DNA of 64,000 nucleotides from the human T2T-CHM13v2.0 reference genome, Homo sapiens, in the NCBI RefSeq assembly GCF_009914755.1, contig NC_060948.1. One strand, 5' to 3'. The position numbers and the translations under genes were made by a program. The notes below the pieces were generated by a model, which was given only the letters and a program-made list of their open reading frames with translations, did no database searches and was not told the origin of the DNA. This document shows positions 1 through 22,531 of this stretch, one piece after another. How positions within the stretch are numbered: position 1 is the first letter of the stretch; every line of letters begins with the position of its first letter.

Positions 1-765
<765 letters not shown>

Positions 766-1340
766 AGATCCATATTTTTTAAATGAAAAAAAATTTCAAA
801 GGTACTCTGCTTGGTACAATAATCAAATGTATAAACTGAGGAATAAAACATAACCATGAAACCTACTTATAACTGCATATGGAAAATACAGAGGATAATT
901 TTTTAAATAACATATTTTGAAAGCCTTAACTAGTAATTTGAAGAGTTGGCATTTGAAAGGCCAGTATGAATATACCTTCAAAGCAGCAACACAGGTTCCC
1001 CATGAGAAAAAGCAAACACAGGGAAAATAAAAACACAAAGGTTCAATCTCTTCTGACCTTTGAAAGACACAGCACAGACAGTGGTCCTTAGGACGAAGAG
1101 CAGGAGACCCCTAATTCCGTCACCATGGCGATAGGGCATAAACATTGCTGGGTGAGGGCACAATCCACATTGTGAGGTCCAACTGCTGCCAGGAAGACAG
1201 GAGTGCTTTTACATAGACCGAAAGGTCATTGAAGGCTCAGAGTTTTGTTTCAAGAACTGAATCCCAAGCCCACACGTTATTAGGCTGCGCTTCTTAAAAC
1301 AAGTGATGAGATGGGAAAAAGGGCACCCACAAACATACGT
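766..1340. repeat. HSATI-like subunit of DYZ2 unit U1 (follows every Alu copy)
   Basis: About 575 bp of mixed-composition sequence between the Alu end and the AT block, near-identical in all units. The name is assigned from the known DYZ2 architecture; boundaries are approximate. Confidence 0.8.
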
Positions 1341-3183
<1,843 letters not shown>

Positions 3184-5286
3184 AGATCCATATTTTTTAA
3201 ATGAAAAAAAATTTCAAAGGTACTCTGCTTGGTACAATAATCAAATGTATAAACTGAGGAATAAAACATAACCATGAAACCTACTTATAACTGCATATGG
3301 AAAATACAGAGGATAATTTTTTAAATAACATATTTTGAAAGCCTTAACTAGTAATTTGAAGAGTTGGCATTTGAAAGGCCAGTATGAATATACCTTCAAA
3401 GCAGCAACACAGGTTCCCCATGAGAAAAAGCAAACACAGGGAAAATAAAAACACAAAGGTTCAATCTCTTCTGACCTTTGAAAGACACAGCACAGACAGT
3501 GGTCCTTAGGACGAAGAGCAGGAGACCCCTAATTCCGTCACCATGGCGATAGGGCATAAACATTGCTGGGTGAGGGCACAATCCACATTGTGAGGTCCAA
3601 CTGCTGCCAGGAAGACAGGAGTGCTTTTACATAGACCGAAAGGTCATTGAAGGCTCAGAGTTTTGTTTCAAGAACTGAATCCCAAGCCCACACGTTATTA
3701 GGCTGCGCTTCTTAAAACAAGTTATGAGATGGGAAAAAGGGCACCCACAAACATACGTATACATTATGTATATAATAATATACAGTATCATATATATAAT
3801 ATATATAACCTATGTATAATATTGTTTTACATCCTGCATCTTATGTTATATATATTGTATAAAATATAATAATTGATAATATATAAGTTTTATAATTATA
3901 CAATATGACATATAGTATATATTATAATTTATGACATATATAATATATGTTATATATCATATATAGAGTATAGTATACGGTTAATATACGTATTAAATAT
4001 AAATTATACATTATATATATTATATATAATATATCTGTTATATATAATACCCATTATGCATAATATATATATTATGTCTATGTTATATATAGTATAAAAC
4101 AACATATAATAATATATAATTGTATATATAAAATGCGACATATAATATATATTATATTTTATAACATATGTAATATATATTATATATTATCTATAATACG
4201 TTGTATGTATAATACCTATATTAAATATATATTATATGACTATGTTATTAATTACATGTCACATGTGTTATATATTATATATTTTAAATAGAATATACCG
4301 GTTACATACAATATATACTATGTTACCTATAATGTATAATTTATTACATGTAAAATAAGGAATGCGATATATTATGTATAATTTATAATATACAATATGT
4401 GGAATGTGATATATATAACATATAATATATGATATATGATATACAGTATATGATATATAACATACAATATATGATTCCTAATATATATGGTATACAATAT
4501 ATATTTTATGATATGTATTCTATATGTTTTATATTCTGTTATATATAACTATTTGAAATTATATATAACTGTATAATATTTTATGTAAATATGTAATATA
4601 ATATATATAACTATATAATATATTATATGTAACTATATATTATGTTATGTATACTTTTATAACATAATTTACAAAAAATATCATAATATAATATATATTA
4701 TATTATTTCATATTACATAATATATATTACATATCACCCAATATAACTAACATACATAATATTATAATATAGATTATATTATGTTATATTAAATATCATA
4801 TATATCATGTATCATATATTCTATAATATATATTACACATTATATAATATGTATGCTGTCTATTATGTGATATATATAACTATATATAATTATATTTTTA
4901 TACATATAACTAGATAAACATGTAATTCTACATATTTTCATTTATAATATGTAGAATTATATAATCATATATAATTATTTATATTCTATAAAAAATTTTA
5001 TCATTATATAAATTATAATATATAAAAATTATAATATGTACTACAAATATATATATTATATATCATATATGATATAGTACCTTTGTTATATATCATAATA
5101 CATATAAATGTGTATTATGTTATCTATAATTATATAATTTCATATATAAGGTGTATAATATGTATCATATATTATATATGTTATGTAATATATATAGTAT
5201 ATATAAGATGACACAGGATAAATATTATATACTATGACATATAAAATATATGAGGTTATATGTTACATATAAGGCATAGCACATAA

Positions 5287-5601
<315 letters not shown>

Positions 5602-7704
5602 AGATCCATATTTTTTAAATGAAAAAAAATTTCAAAGGTACTCTGCTTGGTACAATAATCAAATGTATAAACTGAGGAATAAAACATAACCATGAAACCT
5701 ACTTATAACTGCATATGGAAAATACAGAGGATAATTTTTTAAATAACATATTTTGAAAGCCTTAACTAGTAATTTGAAGAGTTGGCATTTGAAAGGCCAG
5801 TATGAATATACCTTCAAAGCAGCAACACAGGTTCCCCATGAGAAAAAGCAAACACAGGGAAAATAAAAACACAAAGGTTCAATCTCTTCTGACCTTTGAA
5901 AGACACAGCACAGACAGTGGTCCTTAGGACGAAGAGCAGGAGACCCCTAATTCCGTCACCATGGCGATAGGGCATAAACATTGCTGGGTGAGGGCACAAT
6001 CCACATTGTGAGGTCCAACTGCTGCCAGGAAGACAGGAGTGCTTTTACATAGACCGAAAGGTCATTGAAGGCTCAGAGTTTTGTTTCAAGAACTGAATCC
6101 CAAGCCCACACGTTATTAGGCTGCGCTTCTTAAAACAAGTTATGAGATGGGAAAAAGGGCACCCACAAACATACGTATACATTATGTATATAATAATATA
6201 CAGTATCATATATATAATATATATAACCTATGTATAATATTGTTTTACATCCTGCATCTTATGTTATATATATTGTATAAAATATAATAATTGATAATAT
6301 ATAAGTTTTATAATTATACAATATGACATATAGTATATATTATAATTTATGACATATATAATATATGTTATATATCATATATAGAGTATAGTATACGGTT
6401 AATATACGTATTAAATATAAATTATACATTATATATATTATATATAATATATCTGTTATATATAATACCCATTATGCATAATATATATATTATGTCTATG
6501 TTATATATAGTATAAAACAACATATAATAATATATAATTGTATATATAAAATGCGACATATAATATATATTATATTTTATAACATATGTAATATATATTA
6601 TATATTATCTATAATACGTTGTATGTATAATACCTATATTAAATATATATTATATGACTATGTTATTAATTACATGTCACATGTGTTATATATTATATAT
6701 TTTAAATAGAATATACCGGTTACATACAATATATACTATGTTACCTATAATGTATAATTTATTACATGTAAAATAAGGAATGCGATATATTATGTATAAT
6801 TTATAATATACAATATGTGGAATGTGATATATATAACATATAATATATGATATATGATATACAGTATATGATATATAACATACAATATATGATTCCTAAT
6901 ATATATGGTATACAATATATATTTTATGATATGTATTCTATATGTTTTATATTCTGTTATATATAACTATTTGAAATTATATATAACTGTATAATATTTT
7001 ATGTAAATATGTAATATAATATATATAACTATATAATATATTATATGTAACTATATATTATGTTATGTATACTTTTATAACATAATTTACAAAAAATATC
7101 ATAATATAATATATATTATATTATTTCATATTACATAATATATATTACATATCACCCAATATAACTAACATACATAATATTATAATATAGATTATATTAT
7201 GTTATATTAAATATCATATATATCATGTATCATATATTCTATAATATATATTACACATTATATAATATGTATGCTGTCTATTATGTGATATATATAACTA
7301 TATATAATTATATTTTTATACATATAACTAGATAAACATGTAATTCTACATATTTTCATTTATAATATGTAGAATTATATAATCATATATAATTATTTAT
7401 ATTCTATAAAAAATTTTATCATTATATAAATTATAATATATAAAAATTATAATATGTACTACAAATATATATATTATATATCATATATGATATAGTACCT
7501 TTGTTATATATCATAATACATATAAATGTGTATTATGTTATCTATAATTATATAATTTCATATATAAGGTGTATAATATGTATCATATATTATATATGTT
7601 ATGTAATATATATAGTATATATAAGATGACACAGGATAAATATTATATACTATGACATATAAAATATATGAGGTTATATGTTACATATAAGGCATAGCAC
7701 ATAA

Positions 7705-8019
<315 letters not shown>

Positions 8020-10123
8020 AGATCCATATTTTTTAAATGAAAAAAAATTTCAAAGGTACTCTGCTTGGTACAATAATCAAATGTATAAACTGAGGAATAA
8101 AACATAACCATGAAACCTACTTATAACTGCATATGGAAAATACAGAGGATAATTTTTTAAATAACATATTTTGAAAGCCTTAACTAGTAATTTGAAGAGT
8201 TGGCATTTGAAAGGCCAGTATGAATATACCTTCAAAGCAGCAACACAGGTTCCCCATGAGAAAAAGCAAACACAGGGAAAATAAAAACACAAAGGTTCAA
8301 TCTCTTCTGACCTTTGAAAGACACAGCACAGACAGTGGTCCTTAGGACGAAGAGCAGGAGACCCCTAATTCCGTCACCATGGCGATAGGGCATAAACATT
8401 GCTGGGTGAGGGCACAATCCACATTGTGAGGTCCAACTGCTGCCAGGAAGACAGGAGTGCTTTTACATAGACCGAAAGGTCATTGAAGGCTCAGAGTTTT
8501 GTTTCAAGAACTGAATCCCAAGCCCACACGTTATTAGGCTGCGCTTCTTAAAACAAGTTATGAGATGGGAAAAAGGGCACCCACAAACATACGTATACAT
8601 TATGTATATAATAATATACAGTATCATATATATAATATATATAACCTATGTATAATATTGTTTTACATCCTGCATCTTATGTTATATATATTGTATAAAA
8701 TATAATAATTGATAATATATAAGTTTTATAATTATACAATATGACATATAGTATATATTATAATTTATGACATATATAATATATGTTATATATCATATAT
8801 AGAGTATATTATACGGTTAATATACGTATTAAATATAAATTATACATTATATATATTATATATAATATATCTGTTATATATAATACCCATTATGCATAAT
8901 ATATATATTATGTCTATGTTATATATAGTATAAAACAACATATAATAATATATAATTGTATATATAAAATGCGACATATAATATATATTATATTTTATAA
9001 CATATGTAATATATATTATATATTATCTATAATACGTTGTATGTATAATACCTATATTAAATATATATTATATGACTATGTTATTAATTACATGTCACAT
9101 GTGTTATATATTATATATTTTAAATAGAATATACCGGTTACATACAATATATACTATGTTACCTATAATGTATAATTTATTACATGTAAAATAAGGAATG
9201 CAATATATTATGTATAATTTATAATATACAATATGTGGAATGTGATATATATAACATATAATATATGATATATGATATACAGTATATGATATATAACATA
9301 CAATATATGATTCCTAATATATATGGTATACAATATATATTTTATGATATGTATTCTATATGTTTTATATTCTGTTATATATAACTATTTGAAATTATAT
9401 ATAACTGTATAATATTTTATGTAATATGTAATATAATATATATAACTATATAATATATTATATATAACTATATATTATGTTATATATACTTTTATAACAT
9501 AATTTACATAAAATATCATAATATAATATATATTATATTATTTCATATTACATAATATATATTACATATCACCCAATATAACTAACGTACATAATATTAT
9601 AATATAGATTATATTATGTTATATTAAATATCATATATATCATGTATCATATATTCTATAGTATATATTACACATTATATAATATGTATGTTGTCTATTA
9701 TGTGATATATATAACTATATATATAATTATATTTTTATACATATAACTAGATAAACATGTAATTCTACATATTTTCATTTATAATATGTAGAATTATATA
9801 ATCATATATAATTATTTATATTCTATAAAAAATTTTATCATTATATGAATTATAATATATAAAAATTATAATATGTACTACAAATATATATATTATATAT
9901 CATATATGATATAGTACCTTTGTTATATATCATAATACATATAAATGTGTATTATGTTATCTATAATTATATAATTTCATATATAAGATGTATAATATGT
10001 ATCATATATTATATATGTTATGTAATATATATAGTATATATAAGATGACACAGGATAAATATTATATACTATGACATATAAAATATATGAGGTTATATGT
10101 TACATATAATGCATAGCACATAA

Positions 10124-10438
<315 letters not shown>

Positions 10439-12543
10439 AGATCCGTATTTTTTAAATGAAAAAAAATTTCAAAGGTACTCTGCTTGGTACAATAATCAAA
10501 TGTATAAACTGAGGAATAAAACATAACCATGAAACCTACTTATAACTGCATATGGAAAATACAGAGGATAATTTTTTAAATAACATATTTTGAAAGCCTT
10601 AACTAGTAATTTGAAGAGTTGGCATTTGAAAGGCCAGTATGAATATACCTTCAAAGCAGCAACACAGGTTCCCCATGAGAAAAAGCAAACTCAGGGAAAA
10701 TAAAACCACAAAGGTTCAATCTCTTCTGACCTTTGAAAGACACAGCACAGACAGTGGTCCTTAGGACGAAGAGCAGGAGACCCCTAATTCCGTCACCATG
10801 GCGATAGGGCATAAACATTGCTGGGTGAGGGCACAATCCACATTGTGAGGTCCAACTGCTGCCAGGAAGACAGGAGTGCTTTTACATAGACCGAAAGGTC
10901 ATTGAAGGCTCAGAGTTTTGTTTCAAGAACTGAATCCCAAGCCCACACGTTATTAGGCTGCGCTTCTTAAAACAAGTTATGAGATGGGAAAAAGGGCACC
11001 CACAAACATACGTATACATTATGTATATAATAATATACAGTATCATATATATAATATATATAACCTATGTATAATATTGTTTTACATCCTGCATCTTATG
11101 TTATATATATTGTATAAAATATAATAATTGATAATATATAAGTTTTATAATTATACAATATGACATATAGTATATATTATAATTTATGACATATATAATA
11201 TATGTTATATATCATATATAGAATATATTATACGGTTAATATACGTATTAAATATAAATTATACATTATATATATTATATATAATATATCTGTTATATAT
11301 AATACCCATTATGCATAATATATATATTATGTCTATGTTATATATAGTATAAAACAACATATAATAATATATAATTGTATATATAAAATGCGACATATAA
11401 TATATATTATATTTTATAACATATGTAATATATATTATATATTATATATAATACGTTGTATGTATAATACCTATATTAAATATATATTATATGACTATGT
11501 TATTAATTACATGTCACATGTGTTATATATTATATATTTTACATAGAATATACCGGTTAGATACAATATATACTATGTTACCTATAATGTATAATTTATT
11601 ACATGTAAAATAAAGAATGCAATATATTATGTATAATTTATAATATACAATATGTGGAATGTGATATATATAACATATAATATATGATATATGATATACA
11701 GTATATGATATATAACATACAATATATGATTCCTAATATATATGGTATACAATATATATTTTATGATATGTATTCTATATGTTTTATATTCTGTTATATA
11801 TAACTATTTGAAATTATATATAACTGTATAATATTTTATGTAAATATGTAATATAATATATATAACTATATAATATATTATATATAACTATATATTATGT
11901 TATATATACTTTTATAACATAATTTACATAAAATATCATAATATAATATATATTATATTATTTCATATTACATAATATATATTACATATCACCCAATATA
12001 ACTAACATACATAATATTATAATATAGATTATATTATGTTATATTAAATATCATATATATCATGTATCATATATTCTATAATATATATTACACTTTATAT
12101 ATTATGTATGTTGTCTATTATGTGATATATATAACTATATATATAATTATATTTTTATACATATAACTAGATAACCATGTAATTCTACATATTTTCATTT
12201 ATAATATGTAGAATTATATAATCATATATAATTATTTATATTCTATAAAAAATTTTATCATTATATAAATTATAATATATAAAAATTATAATATGTACTA
12301 CAAATATATATATTATATATCATATATGATATAGTACCTTTGTTATATATCATAATACATATAAATGTGTATTATGTTATCTATAATTATATAATTTCAT
12401 ATATAAGGTGTATAATATGTATCATATATTATATATGTTATGTAATATATATAGTATATATAAGATGACACAGGATAAATATTATATACTATGACATATA
12501 AAATATATGAGGTTATATGTTACATATAAGGCATAGCACATAA

Positions 12544-12858
<315 letters not shown>

Positions 12859-14962
12859 AGATCCATATTTTTTAAATGAAAAAAAATTTCAAAGGTACTC
12901 TGCTTGGTACAATAATCAAATGTATAAACTGAGGAATAAAACATAACCATGAAACCTACTTATAACTGCATATGGAAAATACAGAGGATAATTTTTTAAA
13001 TAACATATTTTGAAAGCCTTAACTAGTAATTTGAAGAGTTGGCATTTGAAAGGCCAGTATGAATATACCTTCAAAGCAGCAACACAGGTTCCCCATGAGA
13101 AAAAGCAAACACAGGGAAAATAAAAACACAAAGGTTCAATCTCTTCTGACCTTTGAAAGACACAGCACAGACAGTGGTCCTTAGGACGAAGAGCAGGAGA
13201 CCCCTAATTCCGTCACCATGGCGATAGGGCATAAACATTGCTGGGTGAGGGCACAATCCACATTGTGAGGTCCAACTGCTGCCAGGAAGACAGGAGTGCT
13301 TTTACATAGACCGAAAGGTCATTGAAGGCTCAGAGTTTTGTTTCAAGAACTGAATCCCAAGCCCACACGTTATTAGGCTGCGCTTCTTAAAACAAGTTAT
13401 GAGATGGGAAAAAGGGCACCCACAAACATACGTATACATTATGTATATAATAATATACAGTATCATATATATAATATATATAACCTATGTATAATATTGT
13501 TTTACATCCTGCATCTTATGTTATATATATTGTATAAAATATAATAATTGATAATATATAAGTTTTATAATTATACAATATGACATATAGTATATATTAT
13601 AATTTATGACATATATAATATATGTTATATATCATATATAGAGTATATTATACGGTTAATATACGTATTAAATATAAATTATACATTATATATATTATAT
13701 ATAATATATCTGTTATATATAATACCCATTATGCATAATATATATATTATGTCTATGTTATATATAGTATAAAACAACATATAATAATATATAATTGTAT
13801 ATATAAAATGCGACATATAATATATATTATATTTTATAACATATGTAATATATATTATATATTATCTATAATACGTTGTATGTATAATACCTATATTAAA
13901 TATATATTATATGACTATGTTATTAATTACATGTCACATGTGTTATATATTATATATTTTAAATAGAATATACCGGTTACATACAATATATACTATGTTA
14001 CCTATAATGTATAATTTATTACATGTAAAATAAGGAATGCAATATATTATGTATAATTTATAATATACAATATGTGGAATGTGATATATATAACATATAA
14101 TATATGATATATGATATACAGTATATGATATATAACATACAATATATGATTCCTAATATATATGGTATACAATATATATTTTATGATATGTATTCTATAT
14201 GTTTTATATTCTGTTATATATAACTATTTGAAATTATATATAACTGTATAATATTTTATGTAATATGTAATATAATATATATAACTATATAATATATTAT
14301 ATATAACTATATATTATGTTATATATACTTTTATAACATAATTTACATAAAATATCATAATATAATATATATTATATTATTTCATATTACATAATATATA
14401 TTACATATCACCCAATATAACTAACGTACATAATATTATAATATAGATTATATTATGTTATATTAAATATCATATATATCATGTATCATATATTCTATAG
14501 TATATATTATACATTATATAATATGTATGTTGTCTATTATGTGATATATATAACTATATATATAATTATATTTTTATACATATAACTAGATAAACATGTA
14601 ATTCTACATATTTTCATTTATAATATGTAGAATTATATAATCATATATAATTATTTATATTCTATAAAAAATTTTATCATTATATGAATTATAATATATA
14701 AAAATTATAATATGTACTACAAATATATATATTATATATCATATATGATATAGTACCTTTGTTATATATCATAATACATATAAATGTGTATTATGTTATC
14801 TATAATTATATAATTTCATATATAAGATGTATAATATGTATCATATATTATATATGTTATGTAATATATATAGTATATATAAGATGACACAGGATAAATA
14901 TTATATACTATGACATATAAAATATATGAGGTTATATGTTACATATAATGCATAGCACATAA

Positions 14963-15277
<315 letters not shown>

Positions 15278-17382
15278 AGATCCGTATTTTTTAAATGAAA
15301 AAAAATTTCAAAGGTACTCTGCTTGGTACTATAATCAAATGTATAAACTGAGGAATAAAACATAACCATGAAACCTACTTATAACTGCATATGGAAAATA
15401 CAGAGGATAATTTTTTAAATAACATATTTTGAAAGCCTTAACTAGTAATTTGAAGAGTTGGCATTTGAAAGGCCAGTATGAATATACCTTCAAAGCAGCA
15501 ACACAGGTTCCCCATGAGAAAAAGCAAACTCAGGGAAAATAAAACCACAAAGGTTCAATCTCTTCTGACCTTTGAAAGACACAGCACAGACAGTGGTCCT
15601 TAGGACGAAGAGCAGGAGACCCCTAATTCCGTCACCATGGCGATAGGGCATAAACATTGCTGGGTGAGGGCACAATCCACATTGTGAGGTCCAACTGCTG
15701 CCAGGAAGACAGGAGTGCTTTTACATAGACCGAAAGGTCATTGAAGGCTCAGAGTTTTGTTTCAAGAACTGAATCCCAAGCCCACACGTTATTAGGCTGC
15801 GCTTCTTAAAACAAGTTATGAGATGGGAAAAAGGGCACCCACAAACATACGTATACATTATGTATATAATAATATACAGTATCATATATATAATATATAT
15901 AACCTATGTATAATATTGTTTTACATCCTGCATCTTATGTTATATATATTGTATAAAATATAATAATTGATAATATATAAGTTTTATAATTATACAATAT
16001 GACATATAGTATATATTATAATTTATGACATATATAATATATGTTATATATCATATATAGAATATATTATACGGTTAATATACGTATTAAATATAAATTA
16101 TACATTATATATATTATATATAATATATCTGTTATATATAATACCCATTATGCATAATATATATATTATGTCTATGTTATATATAGTATAAAACAACATA
16201 TAATAATATATAATTGTATATATAAAATGCGACATATAATATATATTATATTTTATAACATATGTAATATATATTATATATTATATATAATACGTTGTAT
16301 GTATAATACCTATATTAAATATATATTATATGACTATGTTATTAATTACATGTCACATGTGTTATATATTATATATTTTACATAGAATATACCGGTTAGA
16401 TACAATATATACTATGTTACCTATAATGTATAATTTATTACATGTAAAATAAAGAATGCAATATATTATGTATAATTTATAATATACAATATGTGGAATG
16501 TGATATATATAACATATAATATATGATATATGATATACAGTATATGATATATAACATACAATATATGATTCCTAATATATATGGTATACAATATATATTT
16601 TATGATATGTATTCTATATGTTTTATATTCTGTTATATATAACTATTTGAAATTATATATAACTGTATAATATTTTATGTAAATATGTAATATAATATAT
16701 ATAACTATATAATATATTATATATAACTATATATTATGTTATATATACTTTTATAACATAATTTACATAAAATATCATAATATAATATATATTATATTAT
16801 TTCATATTACATAATATATATTACATATCACCCAATATAACTAACATACATAATATTATAATATAGATTATATTATGTTATATTAAATATCATATATATC
16901 ATGTATCATATATTCTATAATATATATTACACTTTATATAATATGTATGTTGTCTATTATGTGATATATATAACTATATATATAATTATATTTTTATACA
17001 TATAACTAGATAACCATGTAATTCTACATATTTTCATTTATAATATGTAGAATTATATAATCATATATAATTATTTATATTCTATAAAAAATTTTATCAT
17101 TATATAAATTATAATATATAAAAATTATAATATGTACTACAAATATATATATTATATATCATATATGATATAGTACCTTTGTTATATATCATAATACATA
17201 TAAATGTGTATTATGTTATCTATAATTATATAATTTCATATATAAGGTGTATAATATGTATCATATATTATATATGTTATGTAATATATATAGTATATAT
17301 AAGATGACACAGGATAAATATTATATACTATGACATATAAAATATATGAGGTTATATGTTACATATAAGGCATAGCACATAA

Positions 17383-17697
<315 letters not shown>

Positions 17698-19801
17698 AGA
17701 TCCATATTTTTTAAATGAAAAAAAATTTCAAAGGTACTCTGCTTGGTACAATAATCAAATGTATAAACTGAGGAATAAAACATAACCATGAAACCTACTT
17801 ATAACTGCATATGGAAAATACAGAGGATAATTTTTTAAATAACATATTTTGAAAGCCTTAACTAGTAATTTGAAGAGTTGGCATTTGAAAGGCCAGTATG
17901 AATATACCTTCAAAGCAGCAACACAGGTTCCCCATGAGAAAAAGCAAACACAGGGAAAATAAAAACACAAAGGTTCAATCTCTTCTGACCTTTGAAAGAC
18001 ACAGCACAGACAGTGGTCCTTAGGACGAAGAGCAGGAGACCCCTAATTCCGTCACCATGGCGATAGGGCATAAACATTGCTGGGTGAGGGCACAATCCAC
18101 ATTGTGAGGTCCAACTGCTGCCAGGAAGACAGGAGTGCTTTTACATAGACCGAAAGGTCATTGAAGGCTCAGAGTTTTGTTTCAAGAACTGAATCCCAAG
18201 CCCACACGTTATTAGGCTGCGCTTCTTAAAACAAGTTATGAGATGGGAAAAAGGGCACCCACAAACATACGTATACATTATGTATATAATAATATACAGT
18301 ATCATATATATAATATATATAACCTATGTATAATATTGTTTTACATCCTGCATCTTATGTTATATATATTGTATAAAATATAATAATTGATAATATATAA
18401 GTTTTATAATTATACAATATGACATATAGTATATATTATAATTTATGACATATATAATATATGTTATATATCATATATAGAGTATATTATACGGTTAATA
18501 TACGTATTAAATATAAATTATACATTATATATATTATATATAATATATCTGTTATATATAATACCCATTATGCATAATATATATATTATGTCTATGTTAT
18601 ATATAGTATAAAACAACATATAATAATATATAATTGTATATATAAAATGCGACATATAATATATATTATATTTTATAACATATGTAATATATATTATATA
18701 TTATCTATAATACGTTGTATGTATAATACCTATATTAAATATATATTATATGACTATGTTATTAATTACATGTCACATGTGTTATATATTATATATTTTA
18801 AATAGAATATACCGGTTACATACAATATATACTATGTTACCTATAATGTATAATTTATTACATGTAAAATAAGGAATGCAATATATTATGTATAATTTAT
18901 AATATACAATATGTGGAATGTGATATATATAACATATAATATATGATATATGATATACAGTATATGATATATAACATACAATATATGATTCCTAATATAT
19001 ATGGTATACAATATATATTTTATGATATGTATTCTATATGTTTTATATTCTGTTATATATAACTATTTGAAATTATATATAACTGTATAATATTTTATGT
19101 AATATGTAATATAATATATATAACTATATAATATATTATATATAACTATATATTATGTTATATATACTTTTATAACATAATTTACATAAAATATCATAAT
19201 ATAATATATATTATATTATTTCATATTACATAATATATATTACATATCACCCAATATAACTAACGTACATAATATTATAATATAGATTATATTATGTTAT
19301 ATTAAATATCATATATATCATGTATCATATATTCTATAGTATATATTATACATTATATAATATGTATGTTGTCTATTATGTGATATATATAACTATATAT
19401 ATAATTATATTTTTATACATATAACTAGATAAACATGTAATTCTACATATTTTCATTTATAATATGTAGAATTATATAATCATATATAATTATTTATATT
19501 CTATAAAAAATTTTATCATTATATGAATTATAATATATAAAAATTATAATATGTACTACAAATATATATATTATATATCATATATGATATAGTACCTTTG
19601 TTATATATCATAATACATATAAATGTGTATTATGTTATCTATAATTATATAATTTCATATATAAGATGTATAATATGTATCATATATTATATATGTTATG
19701 TAATATATATAGTATATATAAGATGACACAGGATAAATATTATATACTATGACATATAAAATATATGAGGTTATATGTTACATATAATGCATAGCACATA
19801 A

Positions 19802-20116
<315 letters not shown>

Positions 20117-22216
20117 AGATCCGTATTTTTTAAATGAAAAAAAATTTCAAAGGTACTCTGCTTGGTACAATAATCAAATGTATAAACTGAGGAATAAAAC
20201 ATAACCATGAAACCTACTTATAACTGCATATGGAAAATACAGAGGATAATTTTTTAAATAACATATTTTGAAAGCCTTAACTAGTAATTTGAAGAGTTGG
20301 CATTTGAAAGGCCAGTATGAATATACCTTCAAAGCAGCAACACAGGTTCCCCATGAGAAAAAGCAAACTCAGGGAAAATAAAACCACAAAGGTTCAATCT
20401 CTTCTGACCTTTGAAAGACACAGCACAGACAGTGGTCCTTAGGACGAAGAGCAGGAGACCCCTAATTCCGTCACCATGGCGATAGGGCATAAACATTGCT
20501 GGGTGAGGGCACAATCCACATTGTGAGGTCCAACTGCTGCCAGGAAGACAGGAGTGCTTTTACATAGACCGAAAGGTCATTGAAGGCTCAGAGTTTTGTT
20601 TCAAGAACTGAATCCCAAGCCCACACGTTATTAGGCTGCGCTTCTTAAAACAAGTTATGAGATGGGAAAAAGGGCACCCACAAACATACGTATACATTAT
20701 GTATATAATAATATACAGTATCATATATATAATATATATAACCTATGTATAATATAGTTTTACATCCTGCATCTTATGTTATATATATTGTATAAAATAT
20801 AATAATTGATAATATATAAGTTTTATAATTATACAATATGACATATAGTATATAATTTATGACATATATAATATATGTTATATATCATATATAGAATATA
20901 TTATACGGTTAATATACGTATTAAATATAAATTATACATTATATATATTATATATAATATATCTGTTATATATAATACCCATTATGCATAATATATATAT
21001 TATGTCTATGTTATATATAGTATAAAACAACATATAATAATATATAATTGTATATATAAAATGCGACATATAATATATATTATATTTTATAACATATGTA
21101 ATATATATTATATATTATATATAATACGTTGTATGTATAATACCTATATTAAATATATATTATATGACTATGTTATTAATTACATGTCACATGTGTTATA
21201 TATTATATATTTTACATAGAATATACCGGTTAGATACAATATATACTATGTTACCTATAATGTATAATTTATTACATGTAAAATAAAGAATGCAATATAT
21301 TATGTATAATTTATAATATACAATATGTGGAATGTGATATATATAACATATAATATATGATATATGATATACAGTATATGATATATAACATACAATATAT
21401 GATTCCTAATATATATGGTATACAATATATATTTTATGATATGTATTCTATATGTTTTATATTCTGTTATATATAACTATTTGAAATTATATATAACTGT
21501 ATAATATTTTATGTAAATATGTAATATAATATATATAACTATATAATATATTATATATAACTATATATTATGTTATATATACTTTTATAACATAATTTAC
21601 ATAAAATATCATAATATAATATATATTATATTATTTCATATTACATAATATATATTACATATCACCCAATATAACTAACATACATAATATTATAATATAG
21701 ATTATATTATGTTATATTAAATATCATATATATCATGTATCATATATTCTATAATATATATTACACTTTATATAATATGTATGTTGTCTATTATGTGATA
21801 TATATAACTATATATATAATTATATTTTTATACATATAACTAGATAACCATGTAATTCTACATATTTTCATTTATAATATGTAGAATTATATAATCATAT
21901 ACAATTATTTATATTCTATAAAAAATTTTATCATTATATAAATTATAATATATAAAAATTATAATATGTACTACAAATATATATATTATATATCATATAT
22001 GATATAGTACCTTTGTTATATATCATAATACATATAAATGTGTATTATGTTATCTATAATTATATAATTTCATATATAAGGTGTATAATATGTATCATAT
22101 ATTATATATGTTATGTAATATATATAGTATATATAAGATGACACAGGATAAATATTATATACTATGACATATAAAATATATGAGGTTATATGTTACATAT
22201 AAGGCATAGCACATAA

Positions 22217-22531
<315 letters not shown>

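Noticed and set aside
823-1163. Recurrent minus-strand 71-aa and 61-aa ORFs in nearly every unit
   Set aside because: They are short, overlap in different frames, resemble no protein family I recognise and rely on non-ATG starts. They recur only because the satellite is repeated, and the 71-aa ORF is freely lost in B units and by the U24 frameshift.
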